64,000 nucleotides of DNA from Polyangiaceae bacterium (lineage in GTDB: Bacteria; Myxococcota_A; Polyangia; Polyangiales; Polyangiaceae), in assembly GCA_965222375.1 (NCBI GenBank), contig CBDCTZ010000016.1, positions 2,048,001 through 2,112,000 on the forward strand. Reading direction: 5' to 3'. Each line of letters begins with the position of its first letter. Within the stretch, counting starts at the first letter, position 1. This document shows positions 19,286-29,930 of the stretch, piece by piece. Under the pieces are notes generated by a model. That model made no database searches and was not told the origin of the DNA. It was given only the letters and a program-made list of their open reading frames with translations. A program made the translations under genes and the position numbers.

Positions 19286-20683
19286 ATGCGCCGATCACTG
19301 CAAGCAATCATGGCGTCCGCGATCGTTCTCCTCGTGTCAGGATGCGGGCAAGAGGATAGCCTTGCCCCTTCGGGCAGCGCCGGCTCGGCCGGTGCCGGCG
19401 TGAGCACTGGCGGTGCCACTGGAGGGACGGCCGGAAGCGGGACAGGAGAAGGTGGCGCCGGCAGCGGGGGCGTTGCCGGCGGCATGATCGGTGGCTGCTT
19501 CCAACCAGGGGAGCGCCCGTCGACCGTCGGACCCCATGGATTTCACATGCCCGATCTGAACGCCGAACGCGCAACCTACAAGAAGTTTGGGTGGACCTGG
19601 GACGCCGGCGCGGAGCCGGATTACCCCGAGGAGTCCGGCTACAGCGTCTCCAATCCGGACATCCATCATGACACCGAGGGCGACGACCTCTGGACATACT
19701 TGATGATGTACCAGCGTACGAACCAGCGCGGGTATCTGGACCGAGCCAATGCTTGGGCTCGGTACTTCAAAGAGGACTTCGCCAGTTGCGTGGGCTCGAA
19801 GAGCGCGACCCACTGCTACGATCGCACGGCGTTCGGCGCTTGTCACACATGGGGTTGGGGTCTGATCGCGCTCTACGAAATCAACGGCGATCAGCGCGCG
19901 CTGGAAGCTGCCGAACAGATAGGGACCCTCCTCGAGGAACTGTACGGTCCGAATACGACTCACGGCTGCTTGCCCGTCAACGCCTGCACCCAATACGGAG
20001 TCCGGGGGGCTGGTCGACACCTGCTGCTCGCAACGCGCCTCGCTGAGGTCACGGGCAAACAGCGTTGGAACAATTTGCGGGACAAGGTGCTCGACCTGAT
20101 CCTGAACTCCTCCAGCTGGGACGCGCAGCGCGGCATGTACTTCATCGGCGAGTTCGCGACCGACAAGAGACTCTGGAAGGGTGCGTACGCCGCAGGCGCG
20201 CGCGTTGCGATATCCTTTCATATTGGCTGGCTAACCGAGGCATTCGATCATGCCTACCGCACCACAGGGCGCGAAGAGCTCCGTGATCGCATGGTGAAGA
20301 TTGCGGAGTTCGTGAAGGCGCACGGACTGGACCCCACTTACGACTACAATGGCCAGGTCTTCGGAATCGTCGACGGCCAATCATGGAACCGATACGGTTC
20401 CGCGTCGCCGGTCACCTACTGGGATCCAGTGTACACCACCTCGCTCGTCAACACTTTGATGCGCGGCTACCGTTACACTTGTGATTCGAGCTTTCTCGAA
20501 AGTGCGAAGCACTACTTCGAGCGTGGCAACCGCGGCCTACATGGTGAGCCGACGAAGACGGCAACGCCTGACGGCGTGATCCACCATTTCGTGGACACCA
20601 AGTTCTCGTCGTCCAGCGGGTTCTTCTACTTGAAGTACAACAAAGGCGAACTCCAGTATACCTATCTACTATTCGAGGACTGA
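19286..20683 (+). CDS. Lipoprotein, probable alpha/alpha-toroid glycosidase-like fold
   Basis: 'LVSGC' lipobox; repeats of 'YxxTGxxxYL'-type helical hairpins. Confidence 0.6.
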   Translation: MRRSLQAIMASAIVLLVSGCGQEDSLAPSGSAGSAGAGVSTGGATGGTAGSGTGEGGAGSGGVAGGMIGGCFQPGERPSTVGPHGFHMPDLNAERATYKKFGWTWDAGAEPDYPEESGYSVSNPDIHHDTEGDDLWTYLMMYQRTNQRGYLDRANAWARYFKEDFASCVGSKSATHCYDRTAFGACHTWGWGLIALYEINGDQRALEAAEQIGTLLEELYGPNTTHGCLPVNACTQYGVRGAGRHLLLATRLAEVTGKQRWNNLRDKVLDLILNSSSWDAQRGMYFIGEFATDKRLWKGAYAAGARVAISFHIGWLTEAFDHAYRTTGREELRDRMVKIAEFVKAHGLDPTYDYNGQVFGIVDGQSWNRYGSASPVTYWDPVYTTSLVNTLMRGYRYTCDSSFLESAKHYFERGNRGLHGEPTKTATPDGVIHHFVDTKFSSSSGFFYLKYNKGELQYTYLLFED

Positions 20684-20745
20684 ACGCTCGCGAGCGGCCG
20701 CGTCGAGTTTGACTTGCCTGTGCCTCCTTCGTCATACTGTCTTCT

Positions 20746-21885
20746 GTGGAGAGTTGTACGTGTCGCCAGAGATTTCTCTTCGCCTCCGTCGCCCTGCTTA
20801 GTGTCAGTTTCCTGGGCTGCACGCTCAGATCTCTTGACGAACTCGGCAGCGAACACTCCGAGGCGAGAAGTGAGCGTCACGTGCCCGGCTGTACTGGACC
20901 CGGCTGGTGTCAACTTAGCGGAACTAGGCTCCGCGACGTGTGCCCGGGCAACGAGTCAGTGTACGGCGATTGCCGCCAGATTGTAGACCGCCACAACAGC
21001 GCGGTCGCTGATCTGGCCCGCAACCGACTCGTCATCTGGGGGGGGGCTTGGTCCGGTGCCAGCTCGGCGTACTGGGGCAACGAGCTGTACGCCCTAGATC
21101 TCACAACGGCAAAACTTGCACGCCTCAACAGTCCGAGCCCGTTGGATGCAAACCACTGCGTGACCGACGAGAACCCAAACACTCGCGACACATTTGACAC
21201 CATGGCATATATGACCAAGGCAGACCGGATGTTCGTGTTCGGGGGCGATCAAGCGTGCGCCGCCGGGTCCGCACAGGAAACGTGGACTCTGGAGATGGAC
21301 ACGCTGGAGTGGCACTTGATGCCACCGACCGGCGGTCCCCCGGAGGTCTCCGGGAGTCGCATTGTCGTCGACTACGATCCCGTGACGGGGTCGGTCTTCC
21401 TCGCCACCTCGGGGGGGCTGTGGAAGTACGACTACGACCTTTCGACCAATACCGGTGCGTACCAGAAGCTCGGGACCGCGGGCATTCAGCGGAGCGCAAC
21501 CGGTCGTGTGGATCCTGTTCGCCACAAATTCGTGGTGATCGGTAATGACCAGGCTGTAGCTTTCGACATCGACCCTGAGGGCGTCTATTCACATGAGGAC
21601 TGGTCGACGGAGCAGTCAGGATGCGACGCTTTGATTAGTGCCAGCTATCCCGGGCTCGCCTTCGACTCTCGAGTCGAACGCTTCGTGGCGTGGCCTAGCG
21701 GTGGTACTGTGATCTACGAGCTCGATCCCGAGTCCTGGACCTGTACCGCGCGAATGGAACCCAGTGGCCCGGGAAACGCGGAGGGCGGCATGCTGGGACG
21801 GTTTCGCTACTTTCCCGATTTCGATGTCTTTACCGCCGTGGTCGACGCCGACCAGGATGCCTTCGTGCTAAAGTTGGCGCGCTGA
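20746..21885 (+). CDS. Kelch-like beta-propeller lipoprotein
   Basis: 'LVIWGG', 'MFVFGG', 'YDPVTG'; shares motifs with 26109-27584. Confidence 0.65.
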   Translation: MESCTCRQRFLFASVALLSVSFLGCTLRSLDELGSEHSEARSERHVPGCTGPGWCQLSGTRLRDVCPGNESVYGDCRQIVDRHNSAVADLARNRLVIWGGAWSGASSAYWGNELYALDLTTAKLARLNSPSPLDANHCVTDENPNTRDTFDTMAYMTKADRMFVFGGDQACAAGSAQETWTLEMDTLEWHLMPPTGGPPEVSGSRIVVDYDPVTGSVFLATSGGLWKYDYDLSTNTGAYQKLGTAGIQRSATGRVDPVRHKFVVIGNDQAVAFDIDPEGVYSHEDWSTEQSGCDALISASYPGLAFDSRVERFVAWPSGGTVIYELDPESWTCTARMEPSGPGNAEGGMLGRFRYFPDFDVFTAVVDADQDAFVLKLAR

Positions 21886-21925
21886 GCCCTGCTGGAGCGG
21901 AAGCGAATTGGTTTGGGAGCCGGCA

Positions 21926-23281
21926 ATGTCACCTGAAGAGCGCACGCGCTCCCAAGTAGTCGGCGGTGTCCCCGTTCAGCGCAAACCACGGGTCTTGGTT
22001 CTGTGGGACGGGGGATTCCACTCCCGGGACCTGGAGCCTGACCAATCGTTGGTCATCGGTCGCTCGGAGAACAGCGACTTGCAAGTCGACGATGCATCCG
22101 TTTCACGACGGCATGCCAGCGTCGAGTTCAAGGAAACCGTGTACGTGCGTGACTTGGGCAGCACCAATGGCACGCGTGTCGGCGGGACACTTGTGCCCAA
22201 AGAAACGCCGATCGTGGTGCAACCCGGGGAGATCGTCGAGATCGGCATCGCCATGCTGTTGGTGCAACAGCCGACACGTACTGCGCCCGCGACCGCTGGT
22301 TCCAAAGAAACCGCCGAAACGCCAATGCAGCGCTTGCATCGGCTCGCGGGGCTGGTCGCTGCCAGCGACCTCAGTGTAATCTTGGTTGGGGAATCTGGCG
22401 TCGGCAAGGAAGTGATCGCCGAAAAGATTCGTTGTAGCTCCCTACGAGCATCTGCCCCCTTCATCAAACTCAACTGCGCCGCCCTCAGTGAATCGCTGCT
22501 GGAAAGTGAGCTGTTTGGTTACGAGCGCGGTGCGTTCACCGGCGCGGTGCGTGCCAAGCCGGGTCTCGTTGAGGCCGCCGACACGGGAACTCTCTTCCTG
22601 GACGAAATCGGTGAGCTTCCCCTTCCAATCCAAGCCAAACTGCTGCGAGTAGTGGAGACACGCGAAACGACGCGACTTGGCAACGTTACTCCGCAGCGCG
22701 TCGATGTTCGCTTCCTCGCCGCTACCAACCGGAACCTCGAGGCGCTGGTTGCCAGCGGTGGTTTTCGCCAGGATTTGTACTTCAGGTTGAACGGCATCAC
22801 GTTGCCTATCCCACCGCTCAGGGAGCGCCTCGACGAGGTCCCCGCGCTCGCTCGCCAATTCGCGGCTGAAGCCTCGGCACGCCACGGGCGGCCTACTCCT
22901 GCAATTCGAGCGGAGACGTTGAATGGACTTTGCAGCCATTCCTGGCCAGGCAACGTGCGGGAACTCAAGGCCGTCGTCGAGCGTGCCGTCGTGCTGAGTG
23001 CGGGAGAACCGGTTCTCAGCATCCCGCCACCCGAGCAACCTCTGACGCCCGGGGTACCGCCGCGGGAAGTCGCACCGATGCTGTCCGCGCCTCCTCCCGA
23101 GAATGAGCGCGAGGCCATTGAGCGGCGCCGCGCTGAGTTGGAGCGCGAAAGCATCATGAATGCGCTTGCGCAGGCGGCCGGAAACCAGACCAAAGCGGCG
23201 AACATTCTTGGCATTAGCAGGCGAACCCTCCTAAAACGTCTGGACACCTACGGCCTCCCGAGACCGCGCAAAGGCGGTTGA
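21926..23281 (+). CDS. FHA-domain sigma-54-dependent activator
   Basis: FHA 'IGRS..VSRRHA..DLGSTNGT'; AAA 'GESGVGKE', 'GAFTGA', 'WPGNVREL'; Fis-type HTH. Confidence 0.95.
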   Translation: MSPEERTRSQVVGGVPVQRKPRVLVLWDGGFHSRDLEPDQSLVIGRSENSDLQVDDASVSRRHASVEFKETVYVRDLGSTNGTRVGGTLVPKETPIVVQPGEIVEIGIAMLLVQQPTRTAPATAGSKETAETPMQRLHRLAGLVAASDLSVILVGESGVGKEVIAEKIRCSSLRASAPFIKLNCAALSESLLESELFGYERGAFTGAVRAKPGLVEAADTGTLFLDEIGELPLPIQAKLLRVVETRETTRLGNVTPQRVDVRFLAATNRNLEALVASGGFRQDLYFRLNGITLPIPPLRERLDEVPALARQFAAEASARHGRPTPAIRAETLNGLCSHSWPGNVRELKAVVERAVVLSAGEPVLSIPPPEQPLTPGVPPREVAPMLSAPPPENEREAIERRRAELERESIMNALAQAAGNQTKAANILGISRRTLLKRLDTYGLPRPRKGG

Positions 23282-23321
23282 CAGCCAGTTTCAACGGGCC
23301 GGTGACATTCCTACGTAAGCT

Positions 23322-24749
23322 ATGCTCGGGATGATGAGTGGTGCCTCGGAACCTGGCGTCGCGGGACGGCGTGTCGGTCGCTACATTCTGTACGACGAGA
23401 TCGCATCCGGTGGCATGGCGGCGGTACACCTGGGTCGCCTGGTCGGACCGGTGGGTTTCGGGCGTACGGTCGCGATCAAGCGGCTGCATCGCCAGTTCGT
23501 TTCGGATCCGGAGTTTGTTGCGATGTTCTTGGACGAAGCGCATCTTGCCGCCCGCATCCAACACCCCAACGTCGTTGTTCCGGTAGACGTGGTCACGGCC
23601 GAGCGCGAGCTCTTTCTGGTGATGGACTACATCCACGGCGAGTCGCTGTCGCGCCTCTTGGCGGCTGCGCACAAAAGGCGCGAGCGGGTACCGCCAAAGA
23701 TTGCAGTTGCCATTGTAGTTGACGTGCTTTACGGGCTGCACGCCGCGCACCAAGCCACCGGTGAAAACGGCGAACCCCTCGAAATCGTGCATCGGGACGT
23801 CTCGCCGCAGAACATCCTAGTCGGAGTCGATGGCATCAGCCGCGTCGCGGATTTTGGCATCGCCAAGGCGGCCTCGCGCCTCCAGACCACGAGTGACGGC
23901 CGCGTCAAGGGCAAGTTTGCATACATGTCCCCAGAACAGTTGCGGCGTGGCAATCTCGACCGCCGTACCGATGTCTTTGCTGCCGCTATCGTGCTGTGGG
24001 AAGCACTGACCGGGAAGCGACTCTTTCGAGCCCCTGACCCGGGTGCAAGCGTCCTCGCAGTTCTGGATGGCCCAATCGAGCCGCCGAGCCGCTACGTGAA
24101 AACGCTGCCCTCGGACCTGGACGACGTCGTGCTCCGAGGACTCGCTCGTGAACCCAACAAACGATTCTCGACCGCTCGAGGAATGGCCCGCACGTTAGAA
24201 GCCACGTACCCGTCGGCGAGTCGTGCCGACGTGGGCGACTGGGTCAAGTGCTGGGCCAAGGATGCGTTGCTCTCCAGAGCCGAAAGCGTGTCGGAAATCG
24301 AGAGTAGCTCGAACGACACCTCTTCCCCCGCCGATGCGGCGAGCGTAGAAGCCCCCACTGCAATTGTCTCCGAACCGACCGCGCGTCCAACTGAGCGGCC
24401 AAGCCGCGCGCGAGTGTGGCTGGTCGTATCCTTCGTGGTGCTATTGGCAGTCCTTGCCAGCGCGTGGCGTGTTTTCCGGTCCGAGGCCTCGACGCTCCAT
24501 TTGGCCCGCCTGCCGGTGATCTCTGCCCCGCCGCAGACCGCCAGCGCATCACCCAGTTCCTCCACGGCCCCTTCGGCGGCGACCGAGAAGTCGCGGGCGC
24601 CGGTGACCCCTGCACCCAGTTCGAGGCCGATTGCCAGTTCTCACGCCGCCCCCAAACCGACTAGGAAGCCACGGGCCGACTGTCTGCCGCCCTACACTTG
24701 GGACCCAGTGCGCAAAATCAAAGTCTACAAGGAGCACTGCTTTCAATAG
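23322..24749 (+). CDS. Membrane Ser/Thr protein kinase
   Basis: 'IASGGMA', 'VAIK', 'HRDVSPQN', 'DFGIAK', 'YMSPE'; one TM helix. Confidence 0.95.
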   Translation: MLGMMSGASEPGVAGRRVGRYILYDEIASGGMAAVHLGRLVGPVGFGRTVAIKRLHRQFVSDPEFVAMFLDEAHLAARIQHPNVVVPVDVVTAERELFLVMDYIHGESLSRLLAAAHKRRERVPPKIAVAIVVDVLYGLHAAHQATGENGEPLEIVHRDVSPQNILVGVDGISRVADFGIAKAASRLQTTSDGRVKGKFAYMSPEQLRRGNLDRRTDVFAAAIVLWEALTGKRLFRAPDPGASVLAVLDGPIEPPSRYVKTLPSDLDDVVLRGLAREPNKRFSTARGMARTLEATYPSASRADVGDWVKCWAKDALLSRAESVSEIESSSNDTSSPADAASVEAPTAIVSEPTARPTERPSRARVWLVVSFVVLLAVLASAWRVFRSEASTLHLARLPVISAPPQTASASPSSSTAPSAATEKSRAPVTPAPSSRPIASSHAAPKPTRKPRADCLPPYTWDPVRKIKVYKEHCFQ

Positions 24750-25021
24750 GTCGCCGCCCCATAAAGCAATGCCATGTCGCCTGGCGTTAGCAACACGCCG
24801 GAGTGATGCTGGACAACCGGCTCAGCAGTGTGGGTCAGCGCTCCATCTGGCGTTACGCGTCTTACTTACCCAGACAAATCTGTCGCAGGCATCCTGGACC
24901 CGCACCAGACTCCTATGGACATGCATCTCTGGCTTTGCTAGATCGAGTGGTCTGATGAGCCACCGGGCAGCACTTGAATTCGTGTTTTGCTGGCTCCGGG
25001 CAGGGGCATGAGTATTCACTG

Positions 25022-25882
25022 ATGCGTGGTGGGTTTCGCTTCCTCGCTGTAGTGTTGTTGTCATGTTCGATGGGCCTTGCCCAGTCTGCCGACACTCGTA
25101 TGTGCTTGAGTGCCCACAAACAGGCACAACTCGACCGTGCGGACGGCAAGCTGAAGGCGAGTCGCGACCAACTTTTCAGGTGCGCGCGTCGGGAGTGCCC
25201 AGCGCCCGTCCGCGCGGAATGCTCAGGCTGGTTGGACGAGGTTAGCGCTGCGCTGCCGACGTTGGTGATCCAGGTGCGCGATGCACAAGGTGCGGACCTG
25301 TCGGACGTGCGCGTATTCGTCGACGGGGAGCTGCTCACGAGCCGGCTTGATGGCAGACCGCTGGACGTCGATCCGGGCGCTCAGACCTTTCGCTTCGAGG
25401 CCAAGGATGGGAGGCGGTTGGAGCAGTCCGTGATTGTGCGACAAGGCGAGAAAGATCGCTTGCTGCAGGTCCGATTCGAACCAGCTAGAGCCCCCAAAAA
25501 CAAGTCGCGCAAGCCGCCCGTCGCGTCGCGGCCGCCGCCAGAAGGTCGACCTGAACCGGGCCAGGGCGCACCAACACTCAGCTACGTGCTCATGGGCGTG
25601 GGTGGGGTGGGTGTCGGTGCGTTCGGCTACTTTGCGGCCACTGGTTTTTCGAGGGAAAGCGATCTGAAAGACCAGTGCGCGCCGCGCTGCTCTCAGTCTG
25701 AGATCGACTCGGTGCGCCACCGGTACATCGCCGCCGACGTCTCGTTGGGTGTGGGAGTCGCCGCGCTTGCTATCGGTGGCTGGTTGTGGTTGGGGTCGGA
25801 TCGCGGCGACAGCCACACGGGTGCCAGCGGGCTCCGACTTGGGCTGGGGACTCGAGGAATCATGCTCGGAGGCCCGCTATAG
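25022..25882 (+). CDS. PEGA-like domain exported protein
   Basis: Signal peptide; 'VRVFVDG..LDVDPG'; C-terminal Gly-rich membrane segments. Confidence 0.7.
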   Translation: MRGGFRFLAVVLLSCSMGLAQSADTRMCLSAHKQAQLDRADGKLKASRDQLFRCARRECPAPVRAECSGWLDEVSAALPTLVIQVRDAQGADLSDVRVFVDGELLTSRLDGRPLDVDPGAQTFRFEAKDGRRLEQSVIVRQGEKDRLLQVRFEPARAPKNKSRKPPVASRPPPEGRPEPGQGAPTLSYVLMGVGGVGVGAFGYFAATGFSRESDLKDQCAPRCSQSEIDSVRHRYIAADVSLGVGVAALAIGGWLWLGSDRGDSHTGASGLRLGLGTRGIMLGGPL

Positions 25883-26080
25883 CGCGGAGCATTGCTTGAA
25901 GTGGAGCTGACGGGCGGGTCTGAAATTTCGACGTCGGGCCCAAGCGCTATGCCACCCGCGCAGACACGGTTGCGCCCGGCGCGGGGCGACTAGCGCAGCT
26001 AGATTCGCAATTGGCGCACCCATCGGCCCCCTGACGTACCGCGACCGCCGATAGTAGCCGTTAAGACCAGTCGCCAGCAA

Positions 26081-26096
26081 TGGCACGGCCATTGCT
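26081..26096 (+). promoter_or_regulatory. Sigma-54 promoter
   Basis: TGGCAC-ggcca-TTGCT, an exact consensus match; the ATG at 26109 lies about at +1. Confidence 0.8.
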
Positions 26097-26108
26097 CCAC
26101 TACACACG

Positions 26109-27584
26109 ATGCGTATCGTTCTCTCCTCGGCTCTTTTAATAGGCGTCACCACGGCGTTGGTTGCGTGCGGCGACGGTCCTGACGCCGGTGGCGCTAGCGC
26201 CGCCGGCGGTTCGGCCACGGGCGGTTCGGCCACGGGCGGTTCGGCCACGGGCGGTTCGGCCATGGGCGGCTCCGCTGGAACGGGTGGTGGGGCTGCGGGG
26301 GCCGCAACCGGAGGAAGTGCCGGGCTGGCTACAGGCGGCGGCCCGGGCACAGGTGGAACGCCCGGCGGCCCCAAGCCGTCGTGGTACACGGCCGCCCCGG
26401 ACAAAACATGGATCGCGATGTCGCAGGCTGCGGGCTCCAAACTCTACAACCACAGCACGATCAACCCGGAGGCTGATGCGGGTTTCGTCCTCGGTTCTGG
26501 CAACGATCATCGAGCGGCTGTCCGCAAGTGGAACGGCGCAACCGCTTCCGGGGATTACTACATTCTCGCCTTTGGCGGCGGACACCGTGGCGGCTCGGGC
26601 AACATCGTCTATCAGTTCGGGCCGCTGTCGAGTGAGACGCCGGATTGGCATTGGTGGTACACGGACCAAGCCGCTTTCCAAAAGCCGTCGAACAATTTGA
26701 ACTGGGCCAACGAGGAGCGTCGAAAGAGCGGCTACTACACGGACGGTCTGCCGGTATCGCGCCACACCTACAACTCCCTCGTCTACGTGCCCGACCTCGG
26801 CGGTGGCGATGGCAATCGGGTCATTGCCTGGGGTGGCGCCGCGATCTGGTCTCCGATAGGCGGCGATTCCACGAAGGCCGCGGCGTCGTTTCACCTAAAC
26901 CCAGACCAGCTTGGCGGCACCTACGACGCGCAGGGTTACCTCCCCGACGCCTACGGTGTTGGTGTAGGGACCGGTGCTGCGTGGGACTCCGTCACCCGGC
27001 GCGTGTATCACTTTGAGACGAACGGCCACAACTTTGCCTGGCTGGACCCGAAGACGAAAACGCGGAACCTCATAAGTGGCAGCATCGCGCTAAGCGGGGT
27101 AACGGCCGCCCTGGCGATTGACCCGAACCGCAGGATTGCGATTACCCATAGGAACGCGGGCGGCGAACACTACCTCGGTGTGATCGACATCGACCACGAT
27201 GGCCGGGTAGGCGGCACCGAAGGCAGCCTCGAGAAGCACACCTATGCGTCCCCCTTGGGGTCTCGGGCTTCGATCGTCTATCATGCGCCAAGTGATGCGT
27301 TCTTCGCATATGACGCAGGCGCGAAAATCTACAAGCTGACGGTGCCGTCAGACTATCGCGCAGGCGGGAGCACCGGGACACTGAATTCGAGTGCTTCCTA
27401 CTCCTGGGTGGCGGTGAAAAACGGTGCGGGGGGCGCAACCCCACCAAGTGATGACGACGAGGGAGGCATCATGTCCCGTTTTCAGTGGGTGGAAAGCATC
27501 GACGCTTTTGCTGTGATCGTTAACTCGGGCCATAGCGCGAGTGACGAGATGTTCGTCTACAAAATCCCCAAGGGCGGTATGTGA
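26109..27584 (+). CDS. Beta-propeller lipoprotein
   Basis: 'LVAC' lipobox; 'FGGGH..GN', 'PVSRHTY'. Confidence 0.75.
   Translation: MRIVLSSALLIGVTTALVACGDGPDAGGASAAGGSATGGSATGGSATGGSAMGGSAGTGGGAAGAATGGSAGLATGGGPGTGGTPGGPKPSWYTAAPDKTWIAMSQAAGSKLYNHSTINPEADAGFVLGSGNDHRAAVRKWNGATASGDYYILAFGGGHRGGSGNIVYQFGPLSSETPDWHWWYTDQAAFQKPSNNLNWANEERRKSGYYTDGLPVSRHTYNSLVYVPDLGGGDGNRVIAWGGAAIWSPIGGDSTKAAASFHLNPDQLGGTYDAQGYLPDAYGVGVGTGAAWDSVTRRVYHFETNGHNFAWLDPKTKTRNLISGSIALSGVTAALAIDPNRRIAITHRNAGGEHYLGVIDIDHDGRVGGTEGSLEKHTYASPLGSRASIVYHAPSDAFFAYDAGAKIYKLTVPSDYRAGGSTGTLNSSASYSWVAVKNGAGGATPPSDDDEGGIMSRFQWVESIDAFAVIVNSGHSASDEMFVYKIPKGGM
26205..26264 (+). repeat. Coding tandem repeat, 4 x 15 bp (GGSAT linker)
   Basis: ggcggttcggccacg x3 plus ggcggttcggccatg. 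Confidence 0.9.
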
Positions 27585-27719
27585 TGGCCTGCGTTGATGT
27601 CATCGTTGCCGACCTCACCAGCCAACGGCCTGAAACGCTGCTGCCCGCAGCGTGATACTGCAAGTTGAGACCAGCGCTTGCGCCGCAACACAGACGAGCC
27701 TCCTCGGGCCCATGCTTCC

Positions 27720-28265
27720 TCACTCAAACAAAGTCTGTAGCTCGCATTCCGTGTCCGAAGTCAGATCGCGAATTCCGCAGGCCGTGTCCCCGATTCCGCT
27801 CACGAGCAGATACGCAGCGGCCATGACCAGAACGACGTACCCAGCGGCCCGGTCGCCAGCGTCTTCGGCTGGCCCTTGCCATCGATCCTCGGGTGGGTGC
27901 TCTTTCTTCGCTTTGGCAGAGCTGGCTCCCGATGCGACCGCAGCAATGGCCGCCCCAGCGACGCCGATTTCCACCGGGCCCACACTGGTTGCCACGAGCC
28001 CTCGCGTGCGGCGTAGTCTCAGGTACTCGTGTCGATAGGCCGCGTCATCATCTCGGTATTCGGCGCGCAGGGCGTCCTTGTCTGGGGTGGCGAGTCGAAA
28101 CGCGCAACCAGGCAGAAGTAAGAGCGCGACGACGGCCGCGATCAAAGCACGACGTCTTCGAGCCACTGGTGTGCGCCCCTCATGCAAACGACATGCCCGT
28201 CTTGGCCAGAGGCGAACCTGGCGAAACGCCGCGGTACTCGGGCAGCGAGTGTGAACGCACCGCAC
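27720..28265 (-). CDS. Hypothetical lipoprotein
   Basis: 'LLLLPGC' lipobox; hydrophobic segments; start uncertain. Confidence 0.5.
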   Translation of the reverse strand: MRCVHTRCPSTAAFRQVRLWPRRACRLHEGRTPVARRRRALIAAVVALLLLPGCAFRLATPDKDALRAEYRDDDAAYRHEYLRLRRTRGLVATSVGPVEIGVAGAAIAAVASGASSAKAKKEHPPEDRWQGPAEDAGDRAAGYVVLVMAAAYLLVSGIGDTACGIRDLTSDTECELQTLFE

Positions 28266-28328
28266 AGCTTCCGTGCCCCGCCATCTACAACTGCAGGGCG
28301 CGCACTTGGGCTACACTCCTACGCCTGG

Positions 28329-29187
28329 ATGAATGGTCGGCGATTGCGTTCGGAGTGGGCTCTAGTGGCGGTGGCGTGCGCGCTGAGCTTGGGCTGCGAC
28401 GGACTCACTGCGCAGGCGCAACCCGCGGCTTCGGGCGAGGTGCCGATGAGGCCCAAGGCGAGCAAGCCCCCAAAAAACCAAATCTTCCTTGCTCGAAGGA
28501 AATGACGAGGGTGTCGGGCTTCTGCATCGATCGCTGGGAGGCGCACACGGTGCTTGCGGACAATCCGAGCAAGCGACGCTCGCCCTACGAAACCTTGCGC
28601 GATGGCGAAGAGCTGATTGCCAAGAGCGCGCCGGGAGTCACCCGCCAGGGTTACATCAATCGCATCGAGGCGAGTGCAGCCTGCGTTGCGGCGGGCAAGC
28701 GGCTGTGTAGCGCCAAGGAGTGGTACCGCGCTTGCGCTGGCGCTATCCCTACGCAGGGAAGAAGGAAGAGCGCGACACTTGCAACACTCGCAAAGGCCAT
28801 GTCTTGACCAAGGTGTTTGGCAAGAAGGTCTTCTTCACCAAGATCAGTCACTACAACAACCCGAAGGTCAATCAGGAGCCCGGCTTCCTCGCGCTCACGG
28901 GGGCGTACGAGAAGTGTGCGACACCCGAAGGCGCCCTCGACATGGTCGGCAACCTGCACGAATGGGTCGCCGACGACGTCAGTTCGGCGCTTCCGGAGCA
29001 GATCCCCTTGGAGTACGGCGAGCACCGCCTGGGTCCACGCGGCAGCGGGGTTTTCATGGGTGGCTACTACTCGTCGAAGAACGAACACGGCCGCGGCTGC
29101 GCCTACACCACCGCGACCCACGCGCCGGACTATCACGACTATTCCATCGGCTTTCGGTGCTGCCGGGACGCGCAGTCGAAGCGTTGA
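28329..29187 (+). pseudogene. FGE-sulfatase (SUMF1-like) lipoprotein split over three frames
   Basis: Signal peptide in frame 1; 'FCIDRWE..GKRLCSAKEW' in frame 2; 'YPY..DMVGNLHEW..GFRCC' in frame 3. Confidence 0.8.
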
Positions 29188-29348
29188 CTCTGGACACGCG
29201 GACTTCGCGACCCATACTACTGCGCCCCGAGACGCCGCGGAGCCATCATGAAAGAGCAGCTGCCGTTCATGCTCCCGCCCCCTACGAACCAGAATCTCGA
29301 ATGGATTTGCCGGGGCCGCCAAAGGGTCTCGGCGACGCACGCCTGAGG

Positions 29349-29759
29349 CTACTTCTTGCCCTCGGCCATGATGCGGTCAATCGTCTGCTGGCATTTGTCT
29401 GCCAGAGAGCGGAAGCAGTGCACCTCGATGGGATAGGGCTCGCCTTCTTTTTCTTCCCGCATGTTCTCCCCAGAGTCGCGCCCGAAGACGATGCGCCCTC
29501 CATCCGGACAGTCGATCATGATGCCCATGAGCTCGTCGTGGCCACCGGCTTCGCAGCCGATGGCTTCGGCCCCCCGGGTGATGACAGCCCGCCTGCGCTC
29601 GCTGCGCAGCAGCGTCTGCGCCTTGCGCATCGCGCAGGCCGCCAGAAAACTCTTGAGTGAGGTGCACGCGACCCTCCGTGCTGGCTGGCCGGGGACAAAA
29701 CGCAGCACGCTATCGAGCTGCTCGCCGCTCGGGGCCCGGCCGCCGATGACCATCGTCAC
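29349..29759 (-). CDS. Hypothetical protein, probably 5'-truncated by IS91 element C
   Basis: Frame stays open to ~29820 with no good start. Confidence 0.4.
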   Translation of the reverse strand: MTMVIGGRAPSGEQLDSVLRFVPGQPARRVACTSLKSFLAACAMRKAQTLLRSERRRAVITRGAEAIGCEAGGHDELMGIMIDCPDGGRIVFGRDSGENMREEKEGEPYPIEVHCFRSLADKCQQTIDRIMAEGKK

Positions 29760-29826
29760 GTCCGTCAGTCGCGAGTATGCGGCGACGAAGCCACTTACGA
29801 GTCTTGGGATGCGATCTAACTAGCGG

Positions 29827-29868
29827 CAGTGCCGCCAGGCGGTTCGCCAGTGCCGCCAGGCGGTTTGC
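29827..29868 (+). repeat. Tandem 2 x 21 bp repeat with an internal hairpin, near the 5' (ter-like) end of IS91 C
   Basis: cagtgccgccaggcggtt(c/t)gc twice; CCGCC-A-GGCGG palindrome. Confidence 0.8.
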
Positions 29869-29914
29869 CACCCGCTCAGGGCCCGTATGCGCGCAAATAC
29901 CGGCAGAGCGTCCC

Positions 29915-29930
29915 TGGCACGCCACTAGCT
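29915..29930 (+). promoter_or_regulatory. Sigma-54-like site upstream of transposase C
   Basis: TGGCAC-gccac-TAGCT; GTG start 13 nt after the -12 C. Confidence 0.5.

Noticed and set aside
26205..26264. Short repeats as a CRISPR array
   Set aside because: No spacers; they encode a Gly/Ser linker; no cas genes in the window
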